A DNA stretch of 64,000 nt from Patescibacteria group bacterium (GTDB lineage Bacteria; Patescibacteriota; Patescibacteriia; UBA2591; UBA6264). The translations under genes and the position numbers were made by a program. The notes beneath the pieces are model-generated. The model saw nothing but the letters and a program-made list of their open reading frames with translations, was not told the origin of the DNA and did no database searches. The stretch spans positions 90,367 through 154,366 of the forward strand of contig JADHVF010000001.1 of assembly GCA_016784145.1 (NCBI GenBank). The letters run 5' to 3'. The stretch's first letter is position 1, and each line of letters starts with the position of its first letter. This document shows, piece by piece, positions 47,801 through 56,846 of this stretch.

Positions 47801-47970
47801 GGGAAAATGATTTCCTTGACCATGTTTTCGGTTGGCATTAAAAATACAGGAGTATCTATCTCAGGTAAAAGATCCTGTGCAGACGTGAATTTATAATTAA
47901 TAAAAATCAAAAATAATACAGCCACCATACTGATAAATAATAAAATTTTTATTATTGTTTTTTTAAACAT
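44854..47970 (-). CDS. Giant secreted protein (1038 aa): Cys-rich central region plus three C-terminal fibronectin type III-like repeats
   Basis: Signal-anchor, >60 Cys in the middle ~500 aa, then repeats of the form LSxxxxSSSQIxLSWxDN...TGxxIER...YxYxxKAYNxGG. Confidence 0.6.
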   Translation of the reverse strand: MFKKTIIKILLFISMVAVLFLIFINYKFTSAQDLLPEIDTPVFLMPTENMVKEIIFPITGNDDVIGLRVYKNPKRFKVLDWYNEYAYSPGSPTNVVIDGYNGLNDGRTIYVGVADVMDEETSPVINTRIYLISRNDNASSDTINIFNQMLSNWRFNVNIEDENHKNQIKRDLNRIYDFKQAIIPNLKNYKNSSGNYPELTSGTYIQGQTNSKWISWQNVFGSLLGQTLPIDPINEFNGFCAGCPSDTDSSDYQCNNTCYNSNTFYFEHPNGSYVYQYYAPEDSACLGDYYTGAANFEYKPTDGYVTWQGEDISGNEDNIIISQLDEIGISNFSYSPPEAPVCGNNIMECGEVCDQNQNSKENAFCNQTTLCFGWACEIDWADCNGDLQEDTSNGCETHIGGSADNCDVCGNICYVPDNGTSQCIDGECSWSCNENYRGWQNTCQLDQCQSPAGEINDSNAQTCSIANGQGEQQRYCEDYYPTQPTPDWGAWGSCYATTCNNDYRGCTPGQTCLLANNDCIYCGLDHCVSPNTDIDQSQTRDCGMANGNGEQERTCLDSCPNPDWGAWGTCYVTACDYGYRIYQSYNICELDHCSDDENTWGTIGDFDTRDCTALKEHAQDADESRECIDSHPPFWQNWSCVLNECLYNPTDGYYRIYNNQCEVAHCTDAFTNPDVPANNSETQVCDLYCDLYGTQVDCGDGTQHRDCNFSIHPPAWPNWSGITCLVDNCINGYHQVGDDSCVIDIPSTPSDLSATVISSSQIELSWTDNADTETGIKIERSSDGVIWQEINTVAYDVTSYIDGSLAPNTLYHYQIKAYNNGGDSTYSNIAFETTHPLAPLAPSGLSALAVSSSQVNLSWSDNSTNETGFIIERADLIDGTWTSWVEIVALGVNENSYNNDTGLGINMTYNYKVKAYNSGGSSGYSNQSEVTTLLPAPALNFCQIDDEEIRLLWPDYGDNGQTGFILERKFNSESWLILTDSIPANEYLYNDENVMGNTGDIYHYRIKAYNINNTSEYSNEVMVNYYCFFYQEGCSSCN

Positions 47971-47977
47971 AAATTAT

Positions 47978-50900
47978 TTAATCCCTACAATATAATAATT
48001 CAAAATTGGTTTCTTCATTTTCACCAACAGCATTACCATAATTGGTTCCTCCTGTCCAATCCTGATAAAACCAAGGATTTTCACATAAAAAAACCTTGGT
48101 TTGAATCTTTTTTAAATATTGATCCCCAACTGTCTGATTAAGAGCATCAATAATGATTTCAATGCCTCCTATTATTTCAGAGTTCCCATTATTATTTTGA
48201 ACCACCCCTGTTTCATTATCAGTAGTTGACGAATCATTAATATTGATTATCTCTTGGTCAGAAGATGACCATAACCATTGCCATTCATATAGGTTTGTCA
48301 CTTGTATAATTTGATTATTGTCATCATCTTTTACTGTTGCCATAAAATCAATATCATCTCCTGCATTAAAAAAGATAAAATCATTCTCTGAAATTTCTTG
48401 AGTATTTTCAATAATTTCAGGAATTACGTCTATATCTATTAAGTTTGCCGAACAAATATCTTCTTTGGTTGAAAATTCAAACAAATAATCATTTCCCATG
48501 ACAATATCATAAAAACTATATATTCCATTTTCTCCTCCACTGATTTCTATCTTATAATCATTATTGGCTATTAATAATCCTACATTTATATAAACTTCTG
48601 TTTTATTATTAGCATTATGAAATTTAGATATAACAATTGGCAATTCACACCACCAAACACCTTGCGCTTCTTCATAACAATTTAATTCTGTCTGAGATGC
48701 CTCATATTTGCCATAAAAATTTATTGTGGTTGATGAAATAGTGGCTAAGTTTGCCTTTTGATTAAATACAATAATAGGAAAAATATTTCTACAAACACCA
48801 GATTCATTATTACTTGGATTGATTGACTCTATATTAATTTGTGTAGCAACCTCTAAATGAATTTGTGCTTCCGTATCTTGCCCATCAAGAGTTGTGGTTG
48901 AAACAATATCAATTTCACCCAAAGAAACAGATTCTGCTTGAGCTTGAGATGGTTCTGTTTGTGGTGTTATTGTAGCAATGCCAATATCTGATGATGCCCA
49001 TGCCCATGTCATACCACTTGTTAAAATCTGACAATTTGGACCAATGGCAGAAGAAAAATAATCTCTTGTATTAGGGTGGATAATTTTTCCTGGCAATTCA
49101 TCTGCTGGAACATTTTCAATAAGCATAACCTGTTCAACCGGACAAAGTTCTTCTTGATTATTTGTTTTAAATTTCCAAACATAATCATCATTAGGAGTGT
49201 TATCTTCAAATCCATTTTCGTTACCATCTAATTGATTGCCTGTTTCTCCTACAACACCGCTAGGACCACTTTTAATAATTGCCTGATACCAATAATTAGC
49301 ATCTAAAAGATTATCTGGTTCAAATTTAACCCCAGTATAATTTGATAATTGCATTTCTATTATTGAGCCACTAATTACAACGCAATCCTCTTGATCAAAA
49401 TCTTCATTAGCAGAATTACATTTTTTAATAATAATATTATTATTATTTAACCCAGTAGTTACAATTTGATTAAATTCAACTAAAATGCCTGCGTTTTTAC
49501 AAGCATAATCTGAGTCAGGCCATGGGTTTGGAGTTCTGTATGAAGAAGAACAATCATTCCTTTGGGCTACCATTAATAACTCTTCTCCTTCTGGAATTTC
49601 AGTCATAAAATGTAAAGAATTGCTATTTATCCATTCTTCATCCCATATTTCTTCCCAATCACCAAAACAGGTCTCCCCAAACTGAAAACCATTACAAACT
49701 AAACGAAAATTTGTTTTAATTTTTTTCCTTACAAACACTCCTCCTGTAACTGCTTGAGCTGGTACAGCAATATCATCTATTAAAGTATCAGATACCCATG
49801 ATAAAACTCCAGCCAATTTATTATTTTTAAAAATTAGTTCTCTACCCGTAATTTCAGGTTCTAAGGTAAATCTCACTCCCTTTATTTCAATAGGAGAATA
49901 CCCTACTAGCCCATAATAAGGATCTATTGAACACAAAGCTGGGCCTAATGGGCTTTTATTAACTTCCCATGATTTTTCATTACTATTAATTCCAGCTGAT
50001 GTTTCAATGAAAACATCAACATCATAATTATTTGATTCTTCTGAAAGAGCAGGCAATTCGTTTGGCACCACAACAATAATTTGTTCATTAGTCCAGTTAG
50101 ATGGACAAAAATCTGGCAAAGAATCAGCTAAATAATTAATTCCATTATATTTAAAATAAACATTTCCAAAAGATGAACCAAAGTTTTCGCCTTTAATAGT
50201 TATCCAAGTTGTCAAGGGCCCATTATCAGGAGTAATTTTAATAATTTTAGGTGGTTTATAAAATGGAACCGGATTAGACGCCTTTAAGGGAAATCCTGTT
50301 TCAATTGGTGAGCGAACCCTAACAATAACATCTGCTTCTTGTTCTTGATTGTTTGGCACATTAAAACCAATTGATATATTTTCCCAATTATTCTCGTCAA
50401 TTCCATCAATAGTTGTGCCCGCAAAAGTAACATTACTATCCCCAATATCATTACCAAAACTAATTCCATTAATATCAATATTATCTCCAACATTACCATT
50501 ATTTGGGTTTAATTTACAAATTGCCGGATGAAATTCAGCAGTAACGAAGAAATCTTCTTTATTGCTTTCTCCCCAATAAGGATCAATTACAGCTACCTGA
50601 TAACTTTCATCCATTGTTAGCTCTGCTGGAACAACTGCTACAATTTTTGTATCTGACCAATTATTACAACCTATTTCAGCTGTATAAATGTTTTCTTGTG
50701 AATCCTTAAACCCAATATATTTTTGTCCTTTATTATTACTAAAATGTTCCCCCGTAATAGTAATATAAGTTGGGATGGTAATATCATTTGTTCCTCTATT
50801 TGGACTAATTTCCGTGATAACTGGCAATTGATGGTCTAAAGAAGTGAAAGGCAAAGGATTGCTTTGACCAATGTTATTAATTAAAACAACATCACCTGTG

Positions 50901-53017
50901 ACTGTTCCAAGAGGAACCAGTGCTGAAGATACTTTAATATCTGTCCATGAATCATAAGAAGCAATTTTATTAGAATAAAACCTTACTTGAGATAATTCAG
51001 ATTCCTCATCAAATCTTATTCCTCTTAAATCAACATTATTTATGTTTGGATAACCATAAGCAGGTGTTATTTTAAATAAGCATGGTCCTTGTGCCTGAAA
51101 CAAACTATCAACATAAAATTGAGAAGAATTACTTTCCAAGGACTGCCCACTATCTTCATAAACAATTGATGTTTTAACATCAAGTATATCCCCCTCCAAG
51201 TAGTCTGCCCCTTCATTGTCAGACGGAACCATTGTAGTAATGTATCGCCCGTCATAACCTTGAACAGGCATTGTGATAATAGTACTTGTGGCTGCCCCGG
51301 CAACAAAATTAACATCAAAAGGTTCGGCTGGCTGATAAGTTGTCCCGGCCAAACATGAACCATGAATTGTCAAACACTCCCCTTCTGATCCTTGATCCGG
51401 GGTTAACCGCGAAATAAATGGAGAACAAACACATGTTTCTAAAGTAGCTGAAGTAAAATCCCATGAATGTGTGAGTAAATCTCCTTGCTGATTCATCACT
51501 AAATCAGTCATTATAGATACATTATATGGTGTATTATTTTGCAAATTATTGTCTAATTCAAGTATAAAAACCTTGAATTTGTTCATATTTTGAACATCAT
51601 CAACCCTAAATGTTCCACCCGCAAATTGAACAGAGTATGGTTCGCCAACTTGAGATGGGTTTATGCTTATGTTTATATTGTCCCCTCCCCCTGTTAAAGT
51701 AATTTCAACCCGTTTGTTATACATAGATGTATTGAAAACAGCCATAATGTCAGCATCTGGACAGGTATTGTCTCCAGTAGGATGCCATGATTTTATGCCA
51801 GGAGATGAATCATTTGTTTGAAATTCCCACTCTTTTGCTTCAGTCATTTCATTGCCACAAAGGTCCATAATATGTTCAACGTGAATTCTATACCAAGTAA
51901 ATGATTCCAATAAATTACTATCAATTAATTCTAAATTAAAACCATTACCAGCCATCTCTACCTCCCAAACATCAGCCATAAATGTTTCTTCTATTGCTCC
52001 TCCTTCTTCACTCAATTTGTCTACCCAAATATTATTTGCTATTAAATTATTGTTTTCGTCCATTACTGTCGTCACATCAATCGGCTCTGAAAATCTTACT
52101 TGAATAACTGGGTTCATGGAGACATTTGTGTCTGGATAATCAAGGTCATTAATATCAGAAATTGGATAAGTTGAAGTAACTTCCGGATTAATGATGTCTG
52201 TTGTTTCTCCGGTTGTAAAATCCCAAATAAAATTACTGCCTGTTTCTTGACAATTACCCGAGGCAATACATTCTTGTAATGTCCGGCCCTGCGAATCTAA
52301 TATTTGTTTTGGTAAATAAGCAGAATAATTAGTATTAGCATCAAAAAGTGTAGCCACATGTTTAAAAATAATAGCATTATTACGTGTTTGCCATGTTCCA
52401 GTAAAAATTTCTCCAACATTATTAGTTATTTTTATGCTTTCATCAAGAACTAAATCATCTATTTTCCCGCTATTAACCCTAGAATTAAAAAGGGGCTGAA
52501 CAGCTGAACAAAGATATACATCTTGATGATAGCTTGCCTCATCCCCACCATGAGTTGTCTCAATTTTGGTTATTTTAAAAACATCACCATATGAACCAGA
52601 ACCACCTGGGTCTCCTCCTGATCCTGTCCACCCCTCCCCTGTAATTCCAGCAAATCTAGTCATTATAAAAGCCACTATTGCATACGAAGAAAGAATAATT
52701 ATCATTCCAATTATGCCTTCTTGCATAATTCTTCTAGCTTTTTTTATTTTTTCAGGGTCACCAGCTGAAGTTAACCAAATAACCCCTCCTGTTATTATTA
52801 TAATTACACCGATTAATCCGAGTAAACCAAGCACGATTTTTATAATATTGCCAACAACTTGAGGTAAATCAGCTTGTCCATACCCGGCTGTGTTGCCAAA
52901 ATCTGACAAGCCTTGGTTAAGATTCATTTCATTTTGAGCTAAAACATTAGCAAGAGGTGAAAAAAATAAAAAAGCAAAAAATAATAATAAAAATATAATT
53001 TTAAAAATATTCTTCAT
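47978..53017 (-). CDS. Giant protein (1679 aa) with N-terminal TrbC/VirB2-like T4SS-pilin module fused to a ~1500-aa extracellular region
   Basis: Signal peptide ...LANVLA/QNE, then the two-helix module VVGNIIKIVLGLLGLIGVIIIITGGVIWL-TSAGDPEKIKKARRIMQEG-IIGMIIILSSYAIVAFIM, characteristic of VirB2/TrbC-type pilins. Then a G-rich linker and a long beta-rich region. Confidence 0.55.
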   Translation of the reverse strand: MKNIFKIIFLLLFFAFLFFSPLANVLAQNEMNLNQGLSDFGNTAGYGQADLPQVVGNIIKIVLGLLGLIGVIIIITGGVIWLTSAGDPEKIKKARRIMQEGIIGMIIILSSYAIVAFIMTRFAGITGEGWTGSGGDPGGSGSYGDVFKITKIETTHGGDEASYHQDVYLCSAVQPLFNSRVNSGKIDDLVLDESIKITNNVGEIFTGTWQTRNNAIIFKHVATLFDANTNYSAYLPKQILDSQGRTLQECIASGNCQETGSNFIWDFTTGETTDIINPEVTSTYPISDINDLDYPDTNVSMNPVIQVRFSEPIDVTTVMDENNNLIANNIWVDKLSEEGGAIEETFMADVWEVEMAGNGFNLELIDSNLLESFTWYRIHVEHIMDLCGNEMTEAKEWEFQTNDSSPGIKSWHPTGDNTCPDADIMAVFNTSMYNKRVEITLTGGGDNINISINPSQVGEPYSVQFAGGTFRVDDVQNMNKFKVFILELDNNLQNNTPYNVSIMTDLVMNQQGDLLTHSWDFTSATLETCVCSPFISRLTPDQGSEGECLTIHGSCLAGTTYQPAEPFDVNFVAGAATSTIITMPVQGYDGRYITTMVPSDNEGADYLEGDILDVKTSIVYEDSGQSLESNSSQFYVDSLFQAQGPCLFKITPAYGYPNINNVDLRGIRFDEESELSQVRFYSNKIASYDSWTDIKVSSALVPLGTVTGDVVLINNIGQSNPLPFTSLDHQLPVITEISPNRGTNDITIPTYITITGEHFSNNKGQKYIGFKDSQENIYTAEIGCNNWSDTKIVAVVPAELTMDESYQVAVIDPYWGESNKEDFFVTAEFHPAICKLNPNNGNVGDNIDINGISFGNDIGDSNVTFAGTTIDGIDENNWENISIGFNVPNNQEQEADVIVRVRSPIETGFPLKASNPVPFYKPPKIIKITPDNGPLTTWITIKGENFGSSFGNVYFKYNGINYLADSLPDFCPSNWTNEQIIVVVPNELPALSEESNNYDVDVFIETSAGINSNEKSWEVNKSPLGPALCSIDPYYGLVGYSPIEIKGVRFTLEPEITGRELIFKNNKLAGVLSWVSDTLIDDIAVPAQAVTGGVFVRKKIKTNFRLVCNGFQFGETCFGDWEEIWDEEWINSNSLHFMTEIPEGEELLMVAQRNDCSSSYRTPNPWPDSDYACKNAGILVEFNQIVTTGLNNNNIIIKKCNSANEDFDQEDCVVISGSIIEMQLSNYTGVKFEPDNLLDANYWYQAIIKSGPSGVVGETGNQLDGNENGFEDNTPNDDYVWKFKTNNQEELCPVEQVMLIENVPADELPGKIIHPNTRDYFSSAIGPNCQILTSGMTWAWASSDIGIATITPQTEPSQAQAESVSLGEIDIVSTTTLDGQDTEAQIHLEVATQINIESINPSNNESGVCRNIFPIIVFNQKANLATISSTTINFYGKYEASQTELNCYEEAQGVWWCELPIVISKFHNANNKTEVYINVGLLIANNDYKIEISGGENGIYSFYDIVMGNDYLFEFSTKEDICSANLIDIDVIPEIIENTQEISENDFIFFNAGDDIDFMATVKDDDNNQIIQVTNLYEWQWLWSSSDQEIININDSSTTDNETGVVQNNNGNSEIIGGIEIIIDALNQTVGDQYLKKIQTKVFLCENPWFYQDWTGGTNYGNAVGENEETNFELLYCRD

Positions 53018-53024
53018 CTTAAAA

Positions 53025-53483
53025 TTAAATATTAGATAATTGCTTTTGAACTATTTGTTTAATTTTGTCGCCTGAAGCTCTGCCTTTTATTTCTTTTATC
53101 GCCATGCCCATTACCTTGCCAAAATCTTTCATTCCCTGAGCATTTATGTTTTTTATAATTTCTGAAACTATTTTAATAATAATTGCTTTATCAAGTTCAA
53201 CTGGTAAATATTTTGATAAAATTTTTAATTCATTGGCTTCTTTCTCAAGCAAATCCTTTCTGCCTCCTTTTTTATAAAACTCAATTGCTTCTGTCCGTTT
53301 CTTGGCTTGTTTTTGAATTATATTAACTGCAATCTCATCTGTCATTAATTGCTCAAGAGGACGTAATTCAACTTCTTTATTTAATAAAGCAGTTTTTATA
53401 TCTCTTAAAACAACTGCCAAATCACGGTCTTTTGATTTTATAGATTTTATTAAATCTACTTCAATTTGTTTTAATAATTCCAT
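53025..53483 (-). CDS. GatB/YqeY domain-containing protein
   Basis: 152 aa. Typical yqeY sequence, and adjacent to rpsU as in Bacillus. Confidence 0.75.
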   Translation of the reverse strand: MELLKQIEVDLIKSIKSKDRDLAVVLRDIKTALLNKEVELRPLEQLMTDEIAVNIIQKQAKKRTEAIEFYKKGGRKDLLEKEANELKILSKYLPVELDKAIIIKIVSEIIKNINAQGMKDFGKVMGMAIKEIKGRASGDKIKQIVQKQLSNI

Positions 53484-53487
53484 AAAA

Positions 53488-53706
53488 TTATTTTATTCTA
53501 CCTGTTTTTTTTAAATAAAATAATTGCTCTGACGTTTTCTTTTTCTTGAGTGCGTTTTCTTTCCTGGCCCTTTTATTTAAGGGTTTGGTTAGAAATTTTG
53601 TTTTTTTCTTTTGGTTAAGAATACCACTACGTTTTACTCTGTCAGAAAATTTTTTTAGAAAAAAATTCATTGGTTCATTTTGTTTTCTTTTGCTTTCAAT
53701 TGCCAT
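53488..53706 (-). CDS. rpsU: 30S ribosomal protein S21
   Basis: 72-aa basic protein (MAIESKRKQNEPMNFFLKKFSDRVKRSGIL...) matching the S21 pattern. Confidence 0.8.
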   Translation of the reverse strand: MAIESKRKQNEPMNFFLKKFSDRVKRSGILNQKKKTKFLTKPLNKRARKENALKKKKTSEQLFYLKKTGRIK

Positions 53707-53746
53707 AATAATTTCATTTTAACAAACATAAATTAAAAAGTAAATA

Positions 53747-54604
53747 TTATTTATGTTTTTGTATTTTATTTATTATTCTATTTAAATCATCATTATTATA
53801 TGCTTCAATAATAATTTTAACTTTTTTCACGGTTGGCTGTAATTTAACTTTTGTTTCAAGAAATAATGATAATTCTTCTTCTTTGGCTAATAAATTTCTA
53901 TCAGGAGTTATTTTTTTTCTAAATTTATTGCCAGCTGCTATTTGAGCTGTTTCCCTAACAGTCAATCCTGCTCCAAGTATTCTTTTTAACATTAATTTTC
54001 TACTTTGTTCATTTTTAATTGCTAGTAAGGCCTTAGCATGTCCCTCTGTTATCCTTTCGTCTCTAACTGCTTGTTGAATTATGTCTGGCAAAGTTAATAA
54101 TCGTAATGTATTAGCAATGTTTGCTCTTGACTTCCCTATCCTCTCTGATATTTGCTCTTGAGTTAGATTAAATTCATCAATTAATCTTTGATAAGCAACT
54201 GCATTTTCCATTGGATTTAAGTCTTTTCTTTGAATATTTTCTATTAAAGAAATTTCTAATTTTTCATTATTTTTAATTGAGCGAACCAATGACGGCACTT
54301 CATCCATTTCTAAAAATTTAGCAGACCGCCAACGTCTTTCTCCTGCAATTATTTCATATTTATCAGGCGATGAAGAAATTTTAGTAAGAATTATTGGCTG
54401 AATAATCCCATTTTTTTTAATTGAATTAATTAATTCTTCCATTTCAGAATGAGCAAAATTTTTTCTTGGTTGATTTGGGTTTGGATTAATTTGATTTATT
54501 GGTATTAACAAAACATTTTCTTTTGTTTTTCCCAAAACTTCTTGTGAGTGTTTTCTAATTGATTTTGAAGGGATTAAAGCCCCTATTCCTCTTCCTAAAG
54601 ACAT
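53747..54604 (-). CDS. parB: Chromosome partitioning protein ParB/Spo0J
   Basis: ParB box IELIENIQRKDLNPMENAVAYQRL plus HTH region. Confidence 0.9.
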   Translation of the reverse strand: MSLGRGIGALIPSKSIRKHSQEVLGKTKENVLLIPINQINPNPNQPRKNFAHSEMEELINSIKKNGIIQPIILTKISSSPDKYEIIAGERRWRSAKFLEMDEVPSLVRSIKNNEKLEISLIENIQRKDLNPMENAVAYQRLIDEFNLTQEQISERIGKSRANIANTLRLLTLPDIIQQAVRDERITEGHAKALLAIKNEQSRKLMLKRILGAGLTVRETAQIAAGNKFRKKITPDRNLLAKEEELSLFLETKVKLQPTVKKVKIIIEAYNNDDLNRIINKIQKHK

Positions 54605-54607
54605 AAT

Positions 54608-55387
54608 TTAAAAATTTTTATGTTCAAATAAAATTTCTTTGGCTAATCTTTTATAGGCATTAGCACCTTTTGATTTTGGAGCATGCTCTAAAATTGTTTT
54701 ACTATGACTAGGAGCTTCTGCTAAAGAAGTATTTCTTGGTATTACTGTTCTAAATATTTTATAAGGAAAATTCTTATAAAGTTCTTGCCAAACATCATAT
54801 GAAAGTTTATTTCTTTTATCATACATTGTTAAAACAGCTCCCATGATTGATAAATCTGGTTTCAATTCTTGTTTTATTAAGTTAATTGATTGAATGAGCT
54901 GTGTGAGCCCCTCTAAAGCATAGTATTCTGTTTGAACAGGGATAAGTATTTCATCTGCTGCCACCATTGCATTCAATGTAATTAATCCAAAAGAAGGAGG
55001 TGTGTCAATAAAAACAAAATCAAATTCATTTTCAGTATTATTAAAAAATGATTTTACAACTTGAGATAAAATTGATTCTCTATTATCTGCATTTACTAAC
55101 TCAATGTCAGCTCCCACTAAATTAGGAGTTGCCGGGGAAAGCCAAAAGTTAGGTAAAACCTCGTTCATTGATGCCCCTAAAGATATCTCTTTACTTAATA
55201 CTTCATAAATTCCCTTGTCATTATTTTCCTGTCCTAATCCAGAACTTGCGTTTGATTGAGGGTCTAAATCAATTAATAAAACTTTTTTGCCAAAATAAGC
55301 CAGAAAAGCTGGCAAATTTACAGCTATATTTGTTTTGCCAGTTCCTCCTTTTCTATTACAAATTGCTATTACAATTGGTTTTTGCAT
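54608..55387 (-). CDS. parA: Chromosome partitioning ATPase ParA/Soj
   Basis: Deviant Walker A KGGTGKTN and the usual ParA motifs. Confidence 0.9.
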   Translation of the reverse strand: MQKPIVIAICNRKGGTGKTNIAVNLPAFLAYFGKKVLLIDLDPQSNASSGLGQENNDKGIYEVLSKEISLGASMNEVLPNFWLSPATPNLVGADIELVNADNRESILSQVVKSFFNNTENEFDFVFIDTPPSFGLITLNAMVAADEILIPVQTEYYALEGLTQLIQSINLIKQELKPDLSIMGAVLTMYDKRNKLSYDVWQELYKNFPYKIFRTVIPRNTSLAEAPSHSKTILEHAPKSKGANAYKRLAKEILFEHKNF

Positions 55388-55396
55388 CTTAAAAGA

Positions 55397-55777
55397 TTAT
55401 AACATTAATAATAAAAAAATGCCACCCATTAAATCTGCCATAATGTCCCAAAAAGTATCAACCCTTCCTTGTTGTAGTGCCATTAAATTATAAGAAATCC
55501 CAATACTGTGATCAATTATATATTCTGATATTTCCCATATTATTCCAATTAAAAAAACAAGCATAATTGATTTTATCTTTACATGTTTCTGTTTTTTTTC
55601 TTGTAAAGTCCATATAGATAATAGCCCAATACTTGCTCCGGCTAAAAAATGAAGAACTTTATCATATAAGAAAATCGTATAATAATACTCCCTCCACCCC
55701 AACCAATGCAAAAGCATAAAAAATGGTATACAAATTAAAAAATATATTTTTATTTTTTTAGAATAATTCATAAACAA
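55397..55777 (-). CDS. VanZ-like membrane protein, tentative
   Basis: 4 TM helices. DKVLHFLAG and a C-terminal DxxxDxxG pattern reminiscent of the VanZ family. Confidence 0.35.
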   Translation of the reverse strand: MFMNYSKKIKIYFLICIPFFMLLHWLGWREYYYTIFLYDKVLHFLAGASIGLLSIWTLQEKKQKHVKIKSIMLVFLIGIIWEISEYIIDHSIGISYNLMALQQGRVDTFWDIMADLMGGIFLLLML

Positions 55778-55816
55778 GGAAAGAGGCCATAAGTTTTATC
55801 AAATAGCCTCTTTTTT

Positions 55817-56368
55817 TTAAAACGGGAGTTTAGTTTTTTGCTTATATTCTTCATATTCCTTAAACCATGATGTTAAAAAATATTCCTCTTGCCTCATGCA
55901 ATTAATTATAAATGCAGTCCCAAGAGTTAGAACAATTATTAAGAAATAACTTGCCAAAGTCATCTCAAAGCCAATCCCCATTAATAAGCTACCAATATAA
56001 ATTGGATGTCTTACATATTTATACGGACCAGTATCAACTAATATCTTTGGCTTGGCTATACAACGAGCTGTTCTCCAATTATTTTTAAGTTCTTTTCTCC
56101 CCCAAACAGATATAAATACTCCTGCTAAGAAAATTAAAAAACCAATTGATTGATATGGTTCTATTAAAGACCATGCCCAAACATCAACAAATAACTGAAA
56201 AACAATTACGCTTATAGTGATTATTTCTGCCAGGATAATAGAAATAAAATAAAATTTTATTCTCCACCCTTTATCATTAAAATCACCATTTAGCCCTACA
56301 ACTGAAAATCTACTCAAAAAATAAACTATAATCCCTGTAATTAACAATATCTTCATATCGCCCTCCAT
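55817..56368 (-). CDS. Isoprenylcysteine carboxyl methyltransferase / phospholipid methyltransferase family membrane protein
   Basis: Motifs YKYVRHPIYIGSLL and EEYFL...EYEEY at the C-terminus. Confidence 0.7.
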   Translation of the reverse strand: MEGDMKILLITGIIVYFLSRFSVVGLNGDFNDKGWRIKFYFISIILAEIITISVIVFQLFVDVWAWSLIEPYQSIGFLIFLAGVFISVWGRKELKNNWRTARCIAKPKILVDTGPYKYVRHPIYIGSLLMGIGFEMTLASYFLIIVLTLGTAFIINCMRQEEYFLTSWFKEYEEYKQKTKLPF

Positions 56369-56444
56369 TGTTTGATTTTGTGATGAACTATAAAGGATTA
56401 TATCAAATTTTAGCTATTTTGTCAATCCAATGTCATTTAATGAT

Positions 56445-56822
56445 TTAAAGATGTTTTTCAATTTTATCTAATATTTCAGTTAAATGAATATCTGCCTTAA
56501 TCAAATAATCAACCGCCCCCAAAGCTTTACCCTTGGCAACTTCTTTTTCTTGCCCCATGTTAGACAGAATAATAACTGGCGTATTTTGTAAAGCTGGGTT
56601 GTATTCCATTTTTTTCAAAACTTCAAACCCATCTAATTTGGGCATTATAATATCAAGCAATATCAAGTTTGGCTTTTCTTTGATAGCCAAATTTATTGCT
56701 TGTTCTCCGTTTTCAGCCGTAATCACAATATAGCCGGCACTGGATACCATGCCTTTTAAAATATTGCGCATATCTGGCTCGTCTTCTGCAATTAAAATTT
56801 TAATTTTTTTTGTTGCTGACAT
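56445..56822 (-). CDS. Response regulator, receiver domain only (CheY-like)
   Basis: KILIAEDEPDMR...LILLDIIMPKLDG...K. 125 aa with no output domain. Confidence 0.85.
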   Translation of the reverse strand: MSATKKIKILIAEDEPDMRNILKGMVSSAGYIVITAENGEQAINLAIKEKPNLILLDIIMPKLDGFEVLKKMEYNPALQNTPVIILSNMGQEKEVAKGKALGAVDYLIKADIHLTEILDKIEKHL

Positions 56823-56846
56823 AATTTATTAATTTTATTTTGTTAT

